A DNA stretch of 64,000 nucleotides from Candidatus Nanoarchaeia archaeon (GTDB lineage: Archaea > Nanobdellota > Nanobdellia > SCGC-AAA011-G17 > JACPNG01). The stretch is taken from NCBI GenBank assembly GCA_030745695.1, contig JASLOB010000001.1:936-64935 (forward strand), given 5' to 3'. Every line of letters begins with the position of its first letter. Position 1 is the stretch's first letter. Below, piece after piece: positions 59,638-64,000 of this stretch. The notes beneath the pieces were generated by a model. It worked only from the letters and a program-made list of their open reading frames with translations, had not been told where the DNA came from and did not search any database. The position numbers and the translations under genes were made by a program.

Positions 59638-60358
59638 GTCCAAAATAAACCCTTCTATTACTCTTACCTTTATTTTCTGCTTTTAAGAAAACAATCTCTC
59701 CAATTTCTTTTGATGATTTAACATGGGTTCCACCATCTGCTTGAGTATCAATATCTCCTATTTGAACTATCCTAAACTCATCTAAATCTGGAGGCATTTT
59801 ATTTGCTAGTTTTATGATTCCAGAAATTTTTAGAGCTTCTTCTTTTTTTAGTGTATAAACTTTAACAGGGATATCTTGTTTTATTATCTCATTAGATTTT
59901 TTTATTAATTCTGTTATTTTATCTCTATCAAAATCTTCTAAACTAAAATCCATTCTAGATCTTTCAACATCTTTTTGATTTCCAGTTATTAATGCTCCTA
60001 ACTCATCATGAAAGATTGCACTTAACAAATGAGCAGCAGTATGCATTCTCATTAATTTATATCTTCTCTTCCAATTGATAATTCCTTTAATTTTATCTCC
60101 TACTTTTAATCCTTCTTTATCAACCTCATGACTTATTTTTCCATCAAACTTTCCAACATAAACTACTTCATACTCTTTTCCTTCAAAAATAAATTTTCCA
60201 GTATCATGTGGTTGCCCTCCACTATTAGGATAAAAAATAGTCTGATCTAAGATGATATACTTATCATTATTAACTTCTTTTATTGTAGCTTCAAATTCCT
60301 TTAAATAAGAATCATCTAAATAAAGTGCTTCTTTCATCTTATGAATAATTTTTAACAT
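59627..60358 (-). CDS. alaX: AlaX-type aminoacyl-tRNA editing domain protein
   Basis: The zinc motifs HTAAHLL and DGGTHV are present. Confidence 0.65.
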   Translation of the reverse strand: MLKIIHKMKEALYLDDSYLKEFEATIKEVNNDKYIILDQTIFYPNSGGQPHDTGKFIFEGKEYEVVYVGKFDGKISHEVDKEGLKVGDKIKGIINWKRRYKLMRMHTAAHLLSAIFHDELGALITGNQKDVERSRMDFSLEDFDRDKITELIKKSNEIIKQDIPVKVYTLKKEEALKISGIIKLANKMPPDLDEFRIVQIGDIDTQADGGTHVKSSKEIGEIVFLKAENKGKSNRRVYFGLKD

Positions 60359-60406
60359 ATATATTTTTATAGTTTTTGTTTAATAAAATACAAAAGTGGA
60401 AATAAT

Positions 60407-60793
60407 CTAATTACTAGCAGATTTCTTATTACTTCCAAAAGTAGAAGCTAGATCTATAATATACTTACCTTCTTCAACCCTATAAACTAAAGGCTTTCCT
60501 TTGAATAATTCAACAATATCTAATTCATATTTTCCTGGTTGTAAGATTCTTATAGACTCTAAATCTAAGATAACTGGTTTAGTGTCATCCTCTATTCCAA
60601 TAATCTCTAAAACATCTTGCTCAATTTGTTGCTTTTCTTCATTTGTTAATTTTTCAGTTATTTTTTTAGATTCTTCTAAATCTTTTTCCTTTATAAAAAA
60701 GAAAAATCTACTAGTACAACTAGTACATCCTTTTAATAATTCATTAGAACCATCTGGATAAATTTTACCACATTTAACACATTGATGTGGCAT
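60407..60793 (-). CDS. zinc-ribbon-containing hypothetical protein (128 aa)
   Basis: CVKCGK...CTSC at the N-terminus. Confidence 0.4.
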   Translation of the reverse strand: MPHQCVKCGKIYPDGSNELLKGCTSCTSRFFFFIKEKDLEESKKITEKLTNEEKQQIEQDVLEIIGIEDDTKPVILDLESIRILQPGKYELDIVELFKGKPLVYRVEEGKYIIDLASTFGSNKKSASN

Positions 60794-60794
60794 T

Positions 60795-61169
60795 CTACTT
60801 CTTCCTTTTTCTTTTTAAATTCTCAGTTAATAATAAAATTTTGTTAGGATCTCTCTTAATCTCTTTTACAATATTGGCTGGTCCTACTACGGTTAAACCA
60901 GTTCTATCTCCAATTAAAAGACTAATTAAAAAAGTTTTTAGAAATTTATTTTTATTATTAGGATAGATTGTACATAATTCTATTCCTTTAAAATCTTTAC
61001 TCACACTCTCCATTGTTCTTTGAATTAAATCTGTTTCTTCGTTTGGTTTTAATCTTCCTTCCATTAAAACAATTTTATTTTCTTTAACTAAATTTAATAA
61101 CTTTCTAACTTTAGAATTAGAACTTAAAGACTCAATTTCATTGTATGGAACAAATTGTAATGTAAGCAT
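60795..61169 (-). CDS. hypothetical protein (124 aa)
   Basis: ORF tightly coupled to the neighbours on both sides. Confidence 0.35.
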   Translation of the reverse strand: MLTLQFVPYNEIESLSSNSKVRKLLNLVKENKIVLMEGRLKPNEETDLIQRTMESVSKDFKGIELCTIYPNNKNKFLKTFLISLLIGDRTGLTVVGPANIVKEIKRDPNKILLLTENLKRKRKK

Positions 61170-61802
61170 TTATTTCACCAACTTAAATAAAGATTCGTAA
61201 AACTCCTCAATATTTTGTCCTTTTTCAGCAGAAATACCCACAACCTCATACTGAGGAAAAGCATTTTCTACTTTTTTAATCTTTGCTTTTTTAAGATCTA
61301 TTTTATTTGCAATAACTAGAACAGGGATGTCTCTAGCGGCTAAATTTCCTATAATAGTTAAATTAACTTGCGAATAAGGATTCAAAGTAGAATCTAAAAC
61401 AACTAAAACAGCATCCATCCCATCTAACCATTTAATTGCTTCTATAACCCCTTTAGTAGCTTCTCTAGCTCTTTTTTTAGCTTCTTTTTGAGGCATTTTA
61501 TACTTTAAGAAATCTTCATAATCTATTTTTGTTGCTATTCCTGGAGTATCTATTAAATTAAATGTTAACTCTTTTCTTTTATGTTTAACTTTTATCTTTT
61601 CTTTAGTTTGTATAGCTCTAGTTTCATGTGGAACTTTAGAAGCTGGCCCCATCTCTTCTCCTAGCCAATCTTGACATATTTTATTAGCTAATGTAGTTTT
61701 ACCTGCATTTGGAGGCCCATAAATTCCCAATTTTAGGCTTCTCCTCTGCTGAAACATCCTTAAGAATATGTTACTTATAAAATCCCTCAATTTTATTATC
61801 AT
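61170..61802 (-). CDS. small P-loop GTPase
   Basis: G1 GPPNAGKTT, G3 DTPG and G4 NKID are present. Confidence 0.6.
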   Translation of the reverse strand: MIIKLRDFISNIFLRMFQQRRSLKLGIYGPPNAGKTTLANKICQDWLGEEMGPASKVPHETRAIQTKEKIKVKHKRKELTFNLIDTPGIATKIDYEDFLKYKMPQKEAKKRAREATKGVIEAIKWLDGMDAVLVVLDSTLNPYSQVNLTIIGNLAARDIPVLVIANKIDLKKAKIKKVENAFPQYEVVGISAEKGQNIEEFYESLFKLVK

Positions 61803-61905
61803 TATTATAAATTTAACAGTAGTTAATTAATAAGCTTTTTGGTGATTTTAAGTATTTGTTAAGATAAATAGTAAATTTTTAAAACATATGTAATTATAAT
61901 ATAAT

Positions 61906-63369
61906 ATGGAACTAAAAAAACCTCAATTAAAAAAAATAAGTAATACTGAATGGGAGATTCCTAAAAGTTTTAAGAAAGGAATGAATGTTCCTGCTAGAAT
62001 AATTGGGACTGAAGCAATAATTGATTCTATGGATCTAAGAGTTTATGAACAAATATCGAATGTTGCTACTCTTCCTGGAATTGTTAATTATTCATTTTGT
62101 ATGCCTGATGGTCATTCAGGATATGGATTTCCAATTGGAGGGGTAGCTGCTTTTGATCCAGAAGATAATGGAATTATTTCTCCTGGAGGAATAGGATTTG
62201 ATATTAATTGTGGTATGAGGTTAGTAAAAACTAATCTTACATACAAAGAAGTTAAACCTAAACTTAAAGAATTAGTTAATAATTTATTTGAAAAAATTCC
62301 AACTGGTGTAGGAAGAAAAGGTTTTGTTAAGTTAAATGAAAATAGTTTTAGGGATGTTGTTGAACAAGGAGTTAAATGGTGTGTAAACAATGAATATGGG
62401 TGGAAAAAAGATTTAGAGTTTATTGAAGAAAACGGTTGTATGAAAGGAGCAGACTCAACAAAAGTAAGTGATAAAGCAATTAAAAGAGGTTTTAGTCAGT
62501 TAGGAACATTAGGATCAGGAAATCATTATTTGGAGATTCAAAGAGTAAAAGAAAAAAACTTTTTTGATAAAGAAATAGCAAAAAAATTAGGTTTTTTTGA
62601 TGATCAAATTGTTATAATGTTTCATTGTGGCTCTAGAGGTTTTGGTCACCAAATAGGAACAGATTACTTACAAGAATTTCTTAAAGTGATGGAACCCAAA
62701 TATAAAATAAATATATTAGATAAAGAATTAGCATGTGCTCCTTTTAATAGTAAAGAAGGACAAGATTATTTTAAAGCAATGAAATGCGCTGTAAATATGG
62801 CTTTTGCAAATAGACAAGTTATCTTACATAGGATTAGAGAAGTTTTTAGTAAAATTTTTGGAAAGGATGCTGAAAATCTTGGATTAGATATGACTTATGA
62901 TGTTGCACATAATATTGCAAAATTAGAAAAATATAAAGTGAATGGTAAAATAAAAGAATTGTTAGTTCATAGAAAAGGTGCAACAAGATCATTTGGTCCG
63001 GGAATAGAGGGAATTCCTAAAGAACATAAAAAGATTGGACAAGTAGTGATTATAGGAGGGTCAATGGAAACTGGTTCTTATATATTAACTGGAACTGATA
63101 AAGCTATGGAAAAAACTTTTGGTTCAACAGCTCATGGGGCTGGTAGATTAATGTCTAGAACAAAAGCAAAAAAAATGTTTGTAGGAGAGAAACTACAAAA
63201 AGATTTAGAAGAAAAAGGAATTTATGTTAAAGGAGCTTCAATGAAAGGATTGGCTGAAGAAGCAGGAGATGCATACAAAGATATACATTCTATTTGTGAA
63301 ACTTTAGAATTAGCTGGAATTTCTAAAAGAATTGTTTCATTAGAGCCAATTGGAAATATTAAAGGTTAA
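61906..63369 (+). CDS. rtcB: RtcB RNA ligase (tRNA splicing ligase)
   Basis: GHSGYGFPIGG, GSGNHYLE and HCGSRGFGHQ are present. Confidence 0.9.
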   Translation: MELKKPQLKKISNTEWEIPKSFKKGMNVPARIIGTEAIIDSMDLRVYEQISNVATLPGIVNYSFCMPDGHSGYGFPIGGVAAFDPEDNGIISPGGIGFDINCGMRLVKTNLTYKEVKPKLKELVNNLFEKIPTGVGRKGFVKLNENSFRDVVEQGVKWCVNNEYGWKKDLEFIEENGCMKGADSTKVSDKAIKRGFSQLGTLGSGNHYLEIQRVKEKNFFDKEIAKKLGFFDDQIVIMFHCGSRGFGHQIGTDYLQEFLKVMEPKYKINILDKELACAPFNSKEGQDYFKAMKCAVNMAFANRQVILHRIREVFSKIFGKDAENLGLDMTYDVAHNIAKLEKYKVNGKIKELLVHRKGATRSFGPGIEGIPKEHKKIGQVVIIGGSMETGSYILTGTDKAMEKTFGSTAHGAGRLMSRTKAKKMFVGEKLQKDLEEKGIYVKGASMKGLAEEAGDAYKDIHSICETLELAGISKRIVSLEPIGNIKG

Positions 63370-63653
63370 ACTCCTAACATTGCTCTTAAATCTTCACTAG
63401 GTTCCCATAGTGGTTCAAATATAACTTCTACATTAACTTTTTTTACTCCATCTAGGTCAGATAATTTTTGTTTAGTATCTGCTAATAAAGCTGGACCATA
63501 AGGACATCCAGGAGAAGTAAATGTCATTAAAACATTAACACTATCTTCATCAATTTCTATATTATAAACTAATTCTAAAGTCCATATATCTATATGTAAT
63601 TCCGGATCCATTACTTTTTTTAATGCATCAACAACATCTGATTTCGAAACCAT
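63366..63653 (-). CDS. DUF59/MIP18-family FeS-cluster assembly protein
   Basis: MDPELHIDIWTLELVY...FTSPGCP is DUF59-like. Confidence 0.55.
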   Translation of the reverse strand: MVSKSDVVDALKKVMDPELHIDIWTLELVYNIEIDEDSVNVLMTFTSPGCPYGPALLADTKQKLSDLDGVKKVNVEVIFEPLWEPSEDLRAMLGV

Positions 63654-63703
63654 AAAAAAAATGTGAGATAAACTTATATAAACTTTATTATTTAATTAAA
63701 AAT

Positions 63704-64000
63704 ATGACTTACAAATTCATAGATAATGTAACAATGGCTGATGTAGCTTTTGAGGCTAAGAATAAAGATTTAAACAAATTATTTGAAGACTGTGGTTTAG
63801 CTACTTTTGATACCATGATCAATCTAAAAAAAGTTAAATCTAAAATAAAAAAAGAAATTAAATTACAAGCAGAAAATATTGAAGAATTATTATTTAAATT
63901 TTTAGATGAATTAATTTTTTTAAAAGATTCAGAATCTCTGGTTTTTAATAAATTTAAAGTAAAGATAGAAGAAGATAAAATCTTTAAACTAAATTGTGTA
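63704..64000 (+). CDS. archease (RtcB activator), 3' end truncated by the window edge
   Basis: MTYKFIDNVTMADVAFEA... is an archease N-terminus; it is adjacent to rtcB. Confidence 0.6.
   Translation, partial: MTYKFIDNVTMADVAFEAKNKDLNKLFEDCGLATFDTMINLKKVKSKIKKEIKLQAENIEELLFKFLDELIFLKDSESLVFNKFKVKIEEDKIFKLNCV

Noticed and set aside
1-64000. CRISPR array search
   Set aside because: I found no evenly spaced direct repeats. The only repeated stretches are coding low-complexity repeats (EEVEVVEE-type) and the two-copy 29-nt intergenic motif.

Overview
This is an AT-rich (about 30% GC) archaeal window. Gene content and small gene sizes point to a reduced-genome DPANN-type archaeon: split RNA polymerase B'/B'' plus A'/A''/H, thermosome, proteasome beta, aCPSF1, class I CCA enzyme, NAC, Sec61beta, L10e/L30e/L35Ae, and RtcB with archease. 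The window opens inside a 23S rRNA gene (+ strand, about 1..2905) with no 5S gene after it, and it carries an archaeal RNase P RNA at about 6623..6932. There are six tRNAs. Three hold introns, two of them at non-canonical positions: a tRNA-Lys(UUU) whose best fit has three introns, and a tRNA-Asp(GUC) with an intron in the anticodon stem. A tRNA-Ile with a UAU anticodon is also present. Housekeeping blocks are the str/RNAP operon (rpoH-rpoB2-rpoB1-rpoA1-rpoA2-L30e-NusA-S12-S7), thermosome, CTP synthase, class II LysRS, Kae1, DnaJ, a MoxR-VWA pair, and a MinD-like ATPase operon. The main anomaly is a purM (AIR synthetase) gene broken into two same-strand remnants (14877..14212 and 7710..6934), each with an in-frame stop. 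Between them lies a roughly 6.5 kb block of + strand genes with bacterial-style Shine-Dalgarno sites (SpoT-like HD hydrolase, XPD/Rad3-like FeS helicase, Cas4-like nuclease, RecJ C-terminal fragment, small proteins). It looks like an inserted accessory or defence-like cassette that disrupted purM. Other points of interest are a large secreted Cys-rich membrane protein with a JAMM motif and a C-terminal winged helix, a truncated FlaI-type ATPase N-terminal domain, a frameshifted small gene after the thermosome, a bacterial-type HPF homolog, an extra small ORF inside the S12-S7 operon, and small zinc-ribbon and L41e-like ORFs missed by the ORF track. I found no CRISPR array. TGA, TAA and TAG all serve as stop codons here; rpoA1 and S12 end in TGA with ATGA start/stop overlaps.
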